A stretch of DNA of 63,677 nucleotides, filler included, from a bacterium (GCA_024278215.1; 5 parts of 5 records of this genome joined end to end with filler, not necessarily neighbours in it); one strand, 5' to 3'. Counted from the first letter of the whole stretch, positions 45,309 to 55,849 are shown. The notes: generated from the sequence alone by a model not told the origin. Made by a program: numbers and translations.

Positions 45309-46850
45309 ATGGTATTGGACCCCGCGAAATTCAGGAACCGGGTGTGGGAGTGGATACTGCTGCTGACGGTGGTGTTTATAGCGGCTGTTCCGCGTGTGGT
45401 GATGATGGCGACGGTCGGTCAGTGGCTGGATGCCGATGAATCGATAGTTGGCCTGATGGCGAAGCACATCGCCGGGGGGGAAGGCGTGCCGCTGTTTTTC
45501 TATGGCCAGAGCTACGGCGGCGGCCATGTGATCGAAGCGCTTATCACATCCGGGTGGCGGATGATCCGGCCTGGGCCCAGCGCTCTGGCGGTACATGCGG
45601 TTCCGGTGATTTTTTCCATATTGACAATTGTCATCGTATTTTATCTTGTTCGAGGCAGGTTCGGGCTCAAACCAGCACTTTTGTCGGCAATCATATTAAG
45701 TCTGTCCACGCCGTATCTGAAGTCGTCGCTGAAGGCGGACGGCTATATCGAAACGATTTTTCTCGGGATTCTTTCATTATATGTTTTCAGGGCGGCGCAC
45801 CGGGCGGATATGGAAGGAAACAGCCGAAGGGCATCATTGCTGTCTGTTCTACTGGGTGTGTTACTCGGGCTGGCAGTGTGGAGCTACGATTTCGCGCTTA
45901 TTTACGTGTGTGCGATACTTGTGCTCGGAATGAAGCGTGTGTTGAGGAAGCCTGTGAGACTGCTGCTGGCGGCGGCGGGCGCGGCAGCAGGCGCGGCGCC
46001 AATGATATACGCCAATGTGACGCAGGGATACGCGCATCTGGGACATTTCATATCGGGAGCGCCCGGCGCAGACAGATCGCCCGCTGCGATTGCGCAGGGG
46101 TTCTGGAATATATTCACAGAATGGATACCTGCTTTTCTCACGCAGAACAGTATACATAATTTCGTGTTGCCGCCGCCCGGTTACGCATGGTTCACTTATG
46201 CCGGGCTGCTGTTCGCTACAGCAGTGCTGATCGGTCGCCGAAAGGAAGTGCCGGGCGAATACGCGCTTGTCCCGGCGCTCACGATAGCCGCTTCGCTCGT
46301 CCTGGGATATGCCGGAAAATCGCCCCGGTATCTGCTGCCGCTCGAACCGTTTCTCTCGATCGGTGCAGCTCTGGCTGTCTACTGGTGTTTCGAGACGAAA
46401 AGGTATGTTAATCATCTTGCGGGTTTTCTTCTGCTCGCTGTTTTAGGTTTTGGTATCGTCACGGGAGCGGCGGCGGTTTTCGCGGACAGAAGCATCGTCG
46501 AGGGCAATGTAAAGACCGACCCGGAATCCCTGGTCAAGGTTGTCGAGTTCCTTGAAGATAACGATGTCGACTGCATTTACACGACATATTTTATAAAGTG
46601 GCGAGTGCTGTTTATCACAGATGAAAAGATAAACGCGGTGGATGTGAAAGCGCGCGAGCGAAACGAAGCGTACTTGAGATACGAAGACATCGGTTGTCCG
46701 GCGGGCGTGCATGGCGCTTATGTCCTGCACAGGGCGAGCCCATACAGGTACAGCCTCGCCGCTCAGATAAACCGGAGCGCGGTTCCTTATAAGGTATTTT
46801 ACTCGTCGGACCACATAGCCGCCGTCCCGACCGCAGCCGATGAAGAATAG
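45309..46850 (+). CDS. GT-C fold (ArnT/PMT-like) membrane glycosyltransferase
   Basis: DADE after first TM helix, FFYGQSY, many TM helices, RYLLP. Confidence 0.78.
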   Translation: MVLDPAKFRNRVWEWILLLTVVFIAAVPRVVMMATVGQWLDADESIVGLMAKHIAGGEGVPLFFYGQSYGGGHVIEALITSGWRMIRPGPSALAVHAVPVIFSILTIVIVFYLVRGRFGLKPALLSAIILSLSTPYLKSSLKADGYIETIFLGILSLYVFRAAHRADMEGNSRRASLLSVLLGVLLGLAVWSYDFALIYVCAILVLGMKRVLRKPVRLLLAAAGAAAGAAPMIYANVTQGYAHLGHFISGAPGADRSPAAIAQGFWNIFTEWIPAFLTQNSIHNFVLPPPGYAWFTYAGLLFATAVLIGRRKEVPGEYALVPALTIAASLVLGYAGKSPRYLLPLEPFLSIGAALAVYWCFETKRYVNHLAGFLLLAVLGFGIVTGAAAVFADRSIVEGNVKTDPESLVKVVEFLEDNDVDCIYTTYFIKWRVLFITDEKINAVDVKARERNEAYLRYEDIGCPAGVHGAYVLHRASPYRYSLAAQINRSAVPYKVFYSSDHIAAVPTAADEE

Positions 46851-46941
46851 CGAACCCGCGCCAGTGAAATATATGGGTTACACTCCCTGCGAATGGTTCC
46901 GCAAAAGGCCGGCGAAAAAAAAGTTGCTTCCGGGAAATATT

Positions 46942-47715
46942 TCACACTCTGAAATGAGAAACGGTGAGGTAGCAGAAATTGCGCAGGAAGCGTATCCTGT
47001 CCAGTATTGATGTGTCGAGCTGTGAGAATAAATCGAGCGATTTCAGGATTGCGCTCGAAGCGGGGAAAACGCGGGCGGCGATCACCGCGAAAGAACTCAG
47101 CAGGAAGAACTCCCTGTGGCTGAATCCTGAAAACAGGCTGCCCAGTTCCATAAGTTCGCCGATTGTGAGAAAGCGAAATTTGATTTTCCAGAAGTGCGAT
47201 TCGAAGAGCCTTGCGAGCATGATGATGTGTGGATAGCGCAGAGGCTCGATCAGCGCCACGATGCCTCCCGGCCTGACGACGCGCCTGCATTCCGCGAGCG
47301 CTTTCTTTTTATCAAGGAACATAATTGTATTAGTTATAATTGCGGCATCCATGCTATTATTGCTGAACGGCAATTCGTGGGCGTCCGCCCTTACGGGCGT
47401 CACGGACATATCGGCGGACACCGCCCTTCGTCTGATCGCACGGACGCTCTGTGCGGAGAAGTCGACAGCAAACAAATCCGCACCCATCGCGCATAATCGC
47501 GACGCGTTGCTACCGTCGCCGGCTCCGATCTCGACAACGCGACGGCCTGCGATGTCGCCGAGTCCGTCGTAAAGATAATCAAAAGCCGGTGCCCACCACC
47601 TCGCCATGACCTTCTCGCGCCGGTTGTAGCCCGAAGACCAGTAGTCGTCGTAATAGTCCCTTATTTTGTCCTTCGCGTTGGAGTCCAGATCAGACCTCCC
47701 TGCGTGAAACGACAA
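46942..47715 (-). CDS. Class I SAM-dependent methyltransferase
   Basis: VEIGAGDG, ADAHELPF, RRVVRPGG. Start may be TTG near 47688. Confidence 0.85.
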   Translation of the reverse strand: MSFHAGRSDLDSNAKDKIRDYYDDYWSSGYNRREKVMARWWAPAFDYLYDGLGDIAGRRVVEIGAGDGSNASRLCAMGADLFAVDFSAQSVRAIRRRAVSADMSVTPVRADAHELPFSNNSMDAAIITNTIMFLDKKKALAECRRVVRPGGIVALIEPLRYPHIIMLARLFESHFWKIKFRFLTIGELMELGSLFSGFSHREFFLLSSFAVIAARVFPASSAILKSLDLFSQLDTSILDRIRFLRNFCYLTVSHFRV

Positions 47716-48556
47716 TCATATTGTCGTACAGATTTATTGGAATAGGCATTGTAAGTTTTCGAGTGATTCCGAGTACTTTATTCTTCAGTGGTGATGTGTG
47801 GGATATTTTCGTGGCGAGAGTGGCCGGGCTGATGTGGCGGCCCATTCGGGATATGCTCAGAATAGAGAAACCACACATCTCCAGTAACATCGCGATTGTT
47901 TTTTTGTCGAAGTAAAACAGATGGTCGGGCGGGCAGATAATAGGCCAGTGCGGACCGGCAAGCTTTGCGGTAGTGCTGCCGATATCCCATATATCGAGCA
48001 TAAAAATGCCGCCGGGTTTTGTCAGCCGGGCGATGCTCGTAATCTCCTTTACCGGGTCCGTGACATGTTCGAGGACGTCGATCATTGTGACAGCATCGAA
48101 ACTCGCGCGTGGGAAAGGTGCGTCTGCGATGCGCCCGGCGAAAAGGTTTTCGATGCCAAGGTTTTGCCGTGCCCAGTTTATACCGTAGGCGGCACGGTCG
48201 ATTCCGTAAGGTTTCCAGCCCAACTGTTGCGCTTCGGCAAGTAGAAAGCCAAGCGCGCATCCCACGTCGAGCAGCCTGCCGGATGGAGCATATCCCTTGA
48301 GGCGCTGGAGACGGTTTCTGAACCCTTTCGCAAGTGCTTTTCTCTCCGCTTCGTAATCGTAATAGCCTGTATCGTCGGTGCGGCCTGCGTAATACTCGTC
48401 CGAATAGTGTCGTTCGAGCACATCCGGTCCGGGGATTTCATGCACTCGAACAAGTCCGCAACTCCTGCACTTCACAATGGGGTATTCACCCACGGTGAAT
48501 AATGCGCTGGTGTCATTCTGATTGCAGAGAGGGCAGTCCATATATTCTCCGGCCAT
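47690..48556 (-). CDS. Class I SAM-dependent methyltransferase with N-terminal zinc finger
   Basis: CPLC...CRSCGL; LLDVGCALG; DVLEH; PPDHLFYF. Confidence 0.9.
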   Translation of the reverse strand: MAGEYMDCPLCNQNDTSALFTVGEYPIVKCRSCGLVRVHEIPGPDVLERHYSDEYYAGRTDDTGYYDYEAERKALAKGFRNRLQRLKGYAPSGRLLDVGCALGFLLAEAQQLGWKPYGIDRAAYGINWARQNLGIENLFAGRIADAPFPRASFDAVTMIDVLEHVTDPVKEITSIARLTKPGGIFMLDIWDIGSTTAKLAGPHWPIICPPDHLFYFDKKTIAMLLEMCGFSILSISRMGRHISPATLATKISHTSPLKNKVLGITRKLTMPIPINLYDNMIVVSRREV

Positions 48557-48597
48557 GAATGATTACGGTTATTTGTGGCGGCCATTGCGCATGGCGG

Positions 48598-49995
48598 CTA
48601 CTTTGCGCCCGCGCCTTTCCACCTGCTGTCCGGGCTGTACTCGCGAGCGGGATTGCCGGACATGATATTGTCTGCCATTTCAAAAGCCATCTCCATACAC
48701 TCGTTCATATTGCAGTATTTGTACAGCCCCTGACGGCCCGTAGTCAGGAGATTCGATATTTCTGCAATTGGCGCGAGCATCATTGTCACCCATTCGATGT
48801 AGCCGTTGATTTGCACAGGGTATCCAAAATCAGTTCGGTGAACCATTCCCTCGCACTCGATAGCGTCGGGGAGGAATCCGCTTCTTTTCAGGTCGCCGAC
48901 GGTTCGGGCGACAAGTTCGTCGTCGGTCATGCCGCCGATCTCGTCTTCCGGGAAATATGAAATTTCCGCGCAAAGGCCCGTCTGACCGTCGGGGCATAAA
49001 TGCGCGTCGAAGCGGCTGAATTCCGCCAGTCGCTGGAAGACGATGTCGGGGTCGGGAAAGTATATCCACTGCCAGTCGCGCATCTGCTCGATGGGTACTT
49101 TTAAAAACACGAACGCGATGCTGCGATACCTGATCAATTGTGGCATGCGATAGCCGAGCATATCGAGAAGCACCGACAGAGGCAGTGTGCTCACTACGAG
49201 ATCGAAATCGGAAAACAGTTCGCCGCGTATTTCAATGCCGCCTATTTTATTTTGTTCCATGTGGAAGCCGGAGACAGGCGAATCGAGGTGTATCTCCGCG
49301 CCCGAAGCCGCCGCTCTTTCCATAAGCCTCCGACACAGCGTACCGATTCCTTTATTCGCGTATATGAACTGATTCCTCATCGGGGAGTGCGGATTCTTAC
49401 TCGCTTCATTTTTGAGTCGCAACATTAAGTACTGATATACATAATCGAAGATCGAATTGAAGGAAATCCTTTTCGACGCAGTGCGAGGATCGAGTCTGTC
49501 GGGGTCGATTCCCCACACTTTTTTTGTGTAGGGCTCGAAGTAGTCGGCGTATAGCGTTTTGCCGTATCGGCTTTCCGTCCACTTGCGAAAAGAAAAGTCT
49601 TCCTGCTGCCAGAATATGTTTTTTATACGGCCGGCTATAACCTCCATAGCAGTTCGCAACGGCAGGGCGAACCCCACACATTTTATCAGTTCGGTGAATG
49701 TGAAAGGATAGGAAATCTCCGCACCCATGAAGAACTGGCACGCACGACGATCACGAAGCAAGTAGTCGCTGCCGAGCACGTCTTTGAGATAATTGATCAG
49801 GATGTTGCTGCCGGTGCAGAATTCGTGGGGTCCGTAGTCGAAGAAAAAGTCGTCCCACTGCACAGTGGCTGCAAGCCCACCAGCAAAGGGTTTCGACTCG
49901 AATAGATGCACGGAACAGCCCCGGCTGCTGAGCGTTTCGCAGAGAGTCAGGCCGGTGATGCCGCCGCCGATGATGGCTACTCTTTTTTCCCCCAT
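48598..49995 (-). CDS. FAD-dependent oxidoreductase (protoporphyrinogen oxidase / UDP-galactopyranose mutase-like)
   Basis: IIGGGITG, GGLA, DYGPH, YTKKVWG, GRQGLYKYCNM. Confidence 0.85.
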   Translation of the reverse strand: MGEKRVAIIGGGITGLTLCETLSSRGCSVHLFESKPFAGGLAATVQWDDFFFDYGPHEFCTGSNILINYLKDVLGSDYLLRDRRACQFFMGAEISYPFTFTELIKCVGFALPLRTAMEVIAGRIKNIFWQQEDFSFRKWTESRYGKTLYADYFEPYTKKVWGIDPDRLDPRTASKRISFNSIFDYVYQYLMLRLKNEASKNPHSPMRNQFIYANKGIGTLCRRLMERAAASGAEIHLDSPVSGFHMEQNKIGGIEIRGELFSDFDLVVSTLPLSVLLDMLGYRMPQLIRYRSIAFVFLKVPIEQMRDWQWIYFPDPDIVFQRLAEFSRFDAHLCPDGQTGLCAEISYFPEDEIGGMTDDELVARTVGDLKRSGFLPDAIECEGMVHRTDFGYPVQINGYIEWVTMMLAPIAEISNLLTTGRQGLYKYCNMNECMEMAFEMADNIMSGNPAREYSPDSRWKGAGAK

Positions 49996-50087
49996 TGGTT
50001 CCTTAAAATATTCTTAATTTGTTGATCGAAAAGAATTTCCCCGGGCTTCAGTCCGGAGAAGTTCATTCGCAGTGATTTATAATAATG

Positions 50088-51653
50088 TTACTGCACCGTT
50101 TTGTTATCATCGAAGCGCGCGCTCTTAATCAGTGCCGAAAAACACACAGACGTTGCGGCGACTCCGATCATAATAAAAGCAATTAATAGACGCGCCGGCC
50201 ACGGCGGCAACTTCGGCAGCATATACACGGCCCAGAAATCGATGTAAGTATGCTTGTATTTTGTTTTCCTTTCAGATTCGCTCGTATCACCGGAAAGTGT
50301 TCTGAGGGCAAGCGCAAACATTTTCGGAGCGCGGTTTTTGAGCACAATCCATTCGGCAACGATGGGATTCCCACAGGGCAATTCTGTCAGGTCCGGGGCT
50401 TCCTCGCCTCTCCTGGCGAGAACCCGCGCGTGAATACATTCGTCGATCCGTGAGTTTTCATAACTGATGTTGAACCTGATGGAGATCGCGATAATATTTA
50501 TCAGGATGCCGGCGAGAGCGAGCGAAATCACAAGTCCCAAACGCCATTTATTGCCGGTGCCGGTGACAGCCTTATCAATGAAAGGCGCTGCCATCCATAC
50601 ACAAAAGGCTGTTATATGCAGAAAATATCTCGGCCCCCAGGCAAGTCCCCCCGCCCAGAAAGAAAAATGTGATAGAAGCGCAATATTTATAACAATAGTA
50701 AGCGCTATGCAAAGGGCAGTGATCCGGCTCCGTTTGAGGAAATAGCCCAGTCCGGCAAGTGCGAGCAAAGCAGGTGGCGAGTAAATGAATATGTTCTTTT
50801 CGGTGCCAATGAAAATCCCGTAGATGCACTCCCACCATGTGTCCGGTGTCGAAGCGTATGTATCCATAACACTGGATATATGATACCCGGTTTCAGTAAC
50901 GTCGCCGAAGCGGACATAATTATAATACATGATAATGATAACGGAAAAAACGACCGGTGCGCAAAAAGCCGCAATACGTCTGAAACGTCCCTTACGCTGT
51001 CCCGCTGCCGCGAGCAGCAGGAAAACAGGTCCAAGAGCGGCGTTCGAATATTTTGTCAGCACTGAAAGTCCGAAAAAGAGGCCCGCCAAAGCTGCCGAAA
51101 GCAATGTGCCGGTGCGGATGCTCCTGTAACTGTATAGCAGCGAAACCATCAGGCAGAGTGTCATCAGGGGAGCGCTGAAGTCAAACTTCGAGTACGGCCA
51201 TGCCATTGTAGCAAAACCCCACAGCAGAGCAGTTGCTACAGCGCCTCTCGCACTGACTCCCAACTCCGCTGCCGCCGCCGCCATCACCAGCACCGATATG
51301 GTTGTTACAAACACATTGAAAAACCCCATCGGCCATTTGCCGGCTTCTTTGGGTGGAATAATGTTCTTCAGGATGTGCGTTACTGGTTTCGCGGCGACGT
51401 ATAAAGGAATTGCCGCTACCGACTGGAGCGGGCCGTATTTTGAATAATGATATGTTGGTATATATTTATCCGTGACAATCGTTCCGTCGTCGACTATTGC
51501 TCTTGTGAGGGCGAACATTATATTTCCGTCGGTCGAGTACATCCTGCCCGATGCGGTCATGAAATAAATGATGAACGAGAAAAAAGCAAGAAAAACATAA
51601 GTTCGCCGGCTGATCCTTGTCGGTGAATATGTGTTGGCTGAATTAGTTATCAA
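50088..51653 (-). CDS. GT-C fold membrane glycosyltransferase-like protein
   Basis: YSTDG loop, SKYGPLQS, multiple TM helices, WAGGLAWGPRY. Confidence 0.72.
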   Translation of the reverse strand: MITNSANTYSPTRISRRTYVFLAFFSFIIYFMTASGRMYSTDGNIMFALTRAIVDDGTIVTDKYIPTYHYSKYGPLQSVAAIPLYVAAKPVTHILKNIIPPKEAGKWPMGFFNVFVTTISVLVMAAAAAELGVSARGAVATALLWGFATMAWPYSKFDFSAPLMTLCLMVSLLYSYRSIRTGTLLSAALAGLFFGLSVLTKYSNAALGPVFLLLAAAGQRKGRFRRIAAFCAPVVFSVIIIMYYNYVRFGDVTETGYHISSVMDTYASTPDTWWECIYGIFIGTEKNIFIYSPPALLALAGLGYFLKRSRITALCIALTIVINIALLSHFSFWAGGLAWGPRYFLHITAFCVWMAAPFIDKAVTGTGNKWRLGLVISLALAGILINIIAISIRFNISYENSRIDECIHARVLARRGEEAPDLTELPCGNPIVAEWIVLKNRAPKMFALALRTLSGDTSESERKTKYKHTYIDFWAVYMLPKLPPWPARLLIAFIMIGVAATSVCFSALIKSARFDDNKTVQ

Positions 51654-51766
51654 TGTCTCTTCTATGTGTGTCGTCTCGAATTATATGCTGATAAACATCT
51701 TGTGAGAATACAGATATTTCATTAGAATTTAGGGGACATGATCGGAATTTGCCCTTTAATTCCAAT

Positions 51767-51926
51767 GAGCCAATTGCAAAATTATGATTCTGCTGCGGTC
51801 GGCTGCTACTATCCATAGCTGCGTTGTTTGTGTACTCTACAAAGTACGACCGCGAGGATTTTACACCTTCGTCTTGCTCTGAACAATTTCGCTTGCTCGC
51901 TACGAACATAATTTTGCAATTGACTA
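51767..51926 (-). mobile_element. MITE family A, internally deleted copy
   Basis: gagccaattgcaaaatt...aattttgcaattgacta; shorter core than the 33786 copy. Confidence 0.82.
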
Positions 51927-51951
51927 TTCATAACTGCAGCAGGGCGGATAC

Positions 51952-52149
51952 TTACGAAAGCTTCTTGAATTCTTCAACCGTCATTCCTGCGTCTCTGATA
52001 ATGCCGCCCATCGTGAAACCGTCTATCGGATTCGCTCCTGGAATGATGATGATACGTCCTCCCTTCGTCATGGAATTGTGTTTCCATAGTGGACCACGTG
52101 GAAACCAGCTAACGGCCCGAGAATGAGATATGCCGGGTAATTTGAGCAT
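51952..52149 (-). CDS. hicA: HicA-family toxin, apparently decayed
   Basis: KLPGISH..AV and TMGGIIRDAGMTVEEFKKL are HicA-like; middle segment shortened and partly out of frame. Confidence 0.65.
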   Translation of the reverse strand: MLKLPGISHSRAVSWFPRGPLWKHNSMTKGGRIIIIPGANPIDGFTMGGIIRDAGMTVEEFKKLS

Positions 52150-52151
52150 AT

Positions 52152-52349
52152 CTATATCGCTACCTCGACAAAACGACAGTCGCTATCCTTTGCAAGTTTC
52201 TCAACCGTAGCAAGATACGTTTCTATTGCGTCCTTTATGTTTTCGATAGCTTCCGCTTCAGTTTTTCCCTGCGACCAGCAGCCGGGAAGCCCAAGACAGG
52301 ATGCAGAGTATCCCTCTTCGGTTTTTTGCAGACTGATCCTGTATTTCAT
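52152..52349 (-). CDS. hicB: HicB-family antitoxin (short, no DNA-binding domain)
   Basis: EEGYSASC..LPGCWSQGKTEAEAIENIKDAIETYL. Confidence 0.88.
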   Translation of the reverse strand: MKYRISLQKTEEGYSASCLGLPGCWSQGKTEAEAIENIKDAIETYLATVEKLAKDSDCRFVEVAI

Positions 52350-52370
52350 TTTTTAATCCACAGCAAACTT

Positions 52371-52418
52371 TAGCCCGCATATTTCACCAATGCGGGCTAA
52401 AAATCGGGAGAATGCCCA
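52371..52418 (+). repeat. Dispersed about 48-bp palindromic repeat (copy 2)
   Basis: Hairpin tagcccgcat-atttcacca-atgcgggcta plus tail shared with 43546-43592. Confidence 0.75.
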
Positions 52419-53075
52419 ATAATTCAAGGTGCGGCAAGCAAGTGGTGAGAGAGCCAGCCGGCCTCTTGCGCAAAATGCTGGTATATGACCGATCCCGAAT
52501 CGCCGCCGCAACGCAGTAGAATAGGCGTTATCTCGATTCTCCGGATTTCTTTGTGAAAAATCCGGAATAGTTTCATTATACTCCCCGGATCACGCAGGAG
52601 CAAGGCAACACCAAAATGCCGCAAAAACACAAACCGGCCGGGCGTTCGGGATCTCTCCCTACTGCTCCGGCTGGCGCTTTGGGTTTTATTCGGACGGCGA
52701 ATCACGTCCGCCGCCTCCGGAATGAAACTGGACTTTTCACGCCCGCACCGAAGGTCCACCGGGATCATCGTGCTCCGGCTTTTGCGCGGTTCGTGATCCG
52801 TGGTTCGTGGTGTGGGAAAAGCATAAATATCAAACCAAGAATTGTACGAATTTTCACGAAGAACTTTTTAACCTGAACCTCCCCCCTGAAAATGGGCGGA
52901 TTATGACAAAAATGCCAGCAAACAAAAGAATATTTCATGAACTGTAGTTGATATATATACCCATGTAAAATACTATTAGTACTTGATATGACTGCTTTAG
53001 TGCGCTATAATGGTGTTCATGTATATCGAATCTGTTCCTAATCGCAATTCTCCGCTTAACTGAACGGTATTGCGG

Positions 53076-54176
53076 TTAACTCCTGCCGTGCTCTTCCGCA
53101 TACTTGAGCGGCGCTTCCATCATCGCGCGCAGGTTTTCGAACGATGTGCCGGGATTCACCGAGCCGGCCGCCGTGAGTATTATCCGGCCACCCGAAGCGT
53201 AAGCATCCGAAATATTCGCGACACCGGTTTCAAGCACCTCACCGGGTGTTCCGCCCGCAAGCACTTCAGTCGGCGGTATGTGACCCGCGACAATACAGTC
53301 CGGCAACTTCTCCAATATCTCTTTCACATTGAGGCTGGGCCCGAAGTTGACCATCGAAAGGTTCAGGTCGCGCAGGTGATCAAGCTGGTGGTTCATCTTG
53401 CTGTCCGCATGATAGAAACGCCCGGCGCGCGCCGGGCAGAGAGCGTTGAAAAGCCTTTTCTCGACAGGTTTGAAGAAAGTCGCGTACATGTCGGGCGACA
53501 CCATGCCCGCCATGTCGTTTGCGATAGCGAGTGTGAGAGGCGGTATGCCGGCGATGCGTCGGAGCATGCGCACATAACGTATTGTTGTGCGCTGGATAAG
53601 CTTCATCAGTTCCAGCATTTCCGCCGGGTTCGTGGCAAGATACATCATGCATTCGGTCATACCGGCTATTTGTGCTGCAAGTGTGGCGGGACCTTTGATA
53701 GATACGCCAATCGTCACATTACTTCCTGTTTTTTTCTTTATCCTGTCGCGCCATTCGAGCAGTTTCGGCACAAGACCGAGTTCTTTGAGATTTCTGTGAT
53801 CGTCCATTTTTGCGACAAGTTTTTTGATGTCGGACGGCGAACTGAAAGCGGGCTCCTGCGAAGGCGGCGCGTTCTCGGGGTAGTGGAGTTCGCCGCCGTA
53901 GATGGAAGCGTCGAGCACAGTGCCGAAATCAATGAGCAGCGGCACTTTCAAGCCGATGGCCTCCCGGGATGCCGCGGAGGCCTTTTGCCTGCACTCCCAC
54001 TGGAAATCAAAATCAGTGTAGTAGTCTTTGAAACTCACGCCGAGGAATTCGCATATCCAGTCGCCGTCGAGCGTGAACTGCACTCCGGGCCTTGCCGGCG
54101 CCGCTCCCGCGACTGTCGCGACCGTTGCAAGTGAGTTCTCGAACCAGTATCTTTTTGATCCTGCTTTTACCGCCAT
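53076..54176 (-). CDS. Uroporphyrinogen decarboxylase / MtaA-CmuA methyltransferase family protein
   Basis: DFGTV, GPATLA, D...MVSPDMY..F..P, GHIPP, IILTAAGSVNPGTSFENL. Confidence 0.8.
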   Translation of the reverse strand: MAVKAGSKRYWFENSLATVATVAGAAPARPGVQFTLDGDWICEFLGVSFKDYYTDFDFQWECRQKASAASREAIGLKVPLLIDFGTVLDASIYGGELHYPENAPPSQEPAFSSPSDIKKLVAKMDDHRNLKELGLVPKLLEWRDRIKKKTGSNVTIGVSIKGPATLAAQIAGMTECMMYLATNPAEMLELMKLIQRTTIRYVRMLRRIAGIPPLTLAIANDMAGMVSPDMYATFFKPVEKRLFNALCPARAGRFYHADSKMNHQLDHLRDLNLSMVNFGPSLNVKEILEKLPDCIVAGHIPPTEVLAGGTPGEVLETGVANISDAYASGGRIILTAAGSVNPGTSFENLRAMMEAPLKYAEEHGRS

Positions 54177-54331
54177 GGTTCCTGCCCTTCTTTCTTTCCG
54201 ACAGCTGTTTGAAGAAATATTAATGCTTCACTGTTGAAAATCAAAGTTGTCTGCTACTGAATCTTCAATATGTTTTACTATATAATTATACATAACGAGT
54301 TTAAGAAAACACACAGGGAGATGATGAAGAC

Positions 54332-55633
54332 ATGGCGGACGGCGAACAGAATATTTTTATGGATGCCATACGGCGACTTGACAAGGCGTTTGAATATGCG
54401 GCAATCGACGAAGAGGCACTGGAAAAACTGAAGCACCCCAATTCGATACTGCAAGTGTCGATCCCGCTGAGGATGGACGACGGATCGTTGAAAATCTACA
54501 AGGGATACCGCGTGCAGCACGACTCGACGCGTGGCCCCACCAAGGGCGGCATCCGCTACCATCCGAGAGTCGACATAAACGAGATAAAGGCGCTTGCTTT
54601 TTGGATGACGTTCAAATGCGCGGTGGTCGGCATACCGTTCGGAGGCGCGAAGGGCGGTATCGTTGTGGACCCGAAAAAGCTTTCACGTCTCGAACTCGAA
54701 CGGCTCAGCCGCGGTTTCATTCAGAAGATCGCGGACTTCATAGGCCCTGAAACGGATATCCCCGCGCCCGATGTCTATACCAACGCTATGATCATGGGCT
54801 GGATGATGGATGAGTACTCGAAGATACGGAGGCAGCATGTGCCTGCGATCATCACCGGCAAACCCATACCGCTCGGCGGCAGTGAAGGACGAGAAGACGC
54901 TACCGGCAGGGGCGCCTATTATTGCATAAAAGAACTCGAAAAGAAAAACGGCTGGAAGCCGGAAGATAAAAAAGTTGCGGTCCAGGGGTTCGGCAACGCC
55001 GGTATGAATATCGCCAGACTTCTATACAACGATGGTTACAGGATTGTCGCTGTCAGCGACTCCAAGGGTGCCATATATAATGAAAACGGGCTGGACATTG
55101 ATAAGTGTATTGAAAGAAAAAAGATAACACATCAGGTAAACCACGTCTACAGCCGCGAGTCGTTTTACGAATACAACATGGCTGAAAATATTTCAAATTC
55201 CGAACTGCTTAGACTGGATGTCGATATCCTTGCTCCGGCCGCGCTCGAGAATGTGATCAACTCGAATAACGCCGAGGACATACTCGCGCCGGTAATCATC
55301 GAAGTCGCCAACGGGCCGACCACTTACAAGGCCGACGATATCCTTTACGCTGCCGGAAAACTTATTATCCCGGACATCCTTGCAAATGCGGGCGGTGTCA
55401 CTGTCAGCTATTTCGAATGGGTACAGAATAAGTCGGGATTCAGATGGAAACTTGAAGAGATACACACCCGGCTGCAAGAGATAATGGCAAGGGAATTCAA
55501 CGCCGTATATGCGCTGAAGGAGAAACACAATATCAGCATGCGCACTGCTGCCTACGTGCATAGTCTGACACGTATCGGCAAAGCCATCGAAGCACAGGGC
55601 ACAAGCAAGTACTTTCTAAGCAAGGGCGAGTAG
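54332..55633 (+). CDS. gdhA: Glu/Leu/Phe/Val dehydrogenase (glutamate dehydrogenase)
   Basis: [51 protein letters not shown]. Confidence 0.93.
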   Translation: MADGEQNIFMDAIRRLDKAFEYAAIDEEALEKLKHPNSILQVSIPLRMDDGSLKIYKGYRVQHDSTRGPTKGGIRYHPRVDINEIKALAFWMTFKCAVVGIPFGGAKGGIVVDPKKLSRLELERLSRGFIQKIADFIGPETDIPAPDVYTNAMIMGWMMDEYSKIRRQHVPAIITGKPIPLGGSEGREDATGRGAYYCIKELEKKNGWKPEDKKVAVQGFGNAGMNIARLLYNDGYRIVAVSDSKGAIYNENGLDIDKCIERKKITHQVNHVYSRESFYEYNMAENISNSELLRLDVDILAPAALENVINSNNAEDILAPVIIEVANGPTTYKADDILYAAGKLIIPDILANAGGVTVSYFEWVQNKSGFRWKLEEIHTRLQEIMAREFNAVYALKEKHNISMRTAAYVHSLTRIGKAIEAQGTSKYFLSKGE

Positions 55634-55667
55634 AAGCTGAACTTGTGCGAATTCAGATATATTGTGA

Positions 55668-55721
55668 GAGTTTTGGGGACATGACTGGAATTTGACCATT
55701 AATTCCGTCCCCAGGAAATTC
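55668..55721. repeat. ggggac...gtcccc hairpin repeat; related partial copies at 51725-51763 and 43742-43770
   Basis: gagttttggggacatgactggaatttgaccattaattcc versus gaatttaggggacatgatcggaatttgccctttaattcc. Confidence 0.65.
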
Positions 55722-55849
55722 TGCGTATGTTTCAAAAACGCACAAGTCTGTTCGTAGCGAGGTCGAGCAAAATTGATAAATGTTGTAGACACATGGAGGC
55801 AATAATAATCGCATGAATGCAAAAAAACGTAATGGAAAACCTTAATCTT

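Noticed and set aside
53070-54134. Long antisense ORFs (53070..54134, 1261..2100, 24374..25321, 32048..32971, 36834..37691)
   Set aside because: Shadow frames opposite well-supported genes in GC-rich coding DNA.
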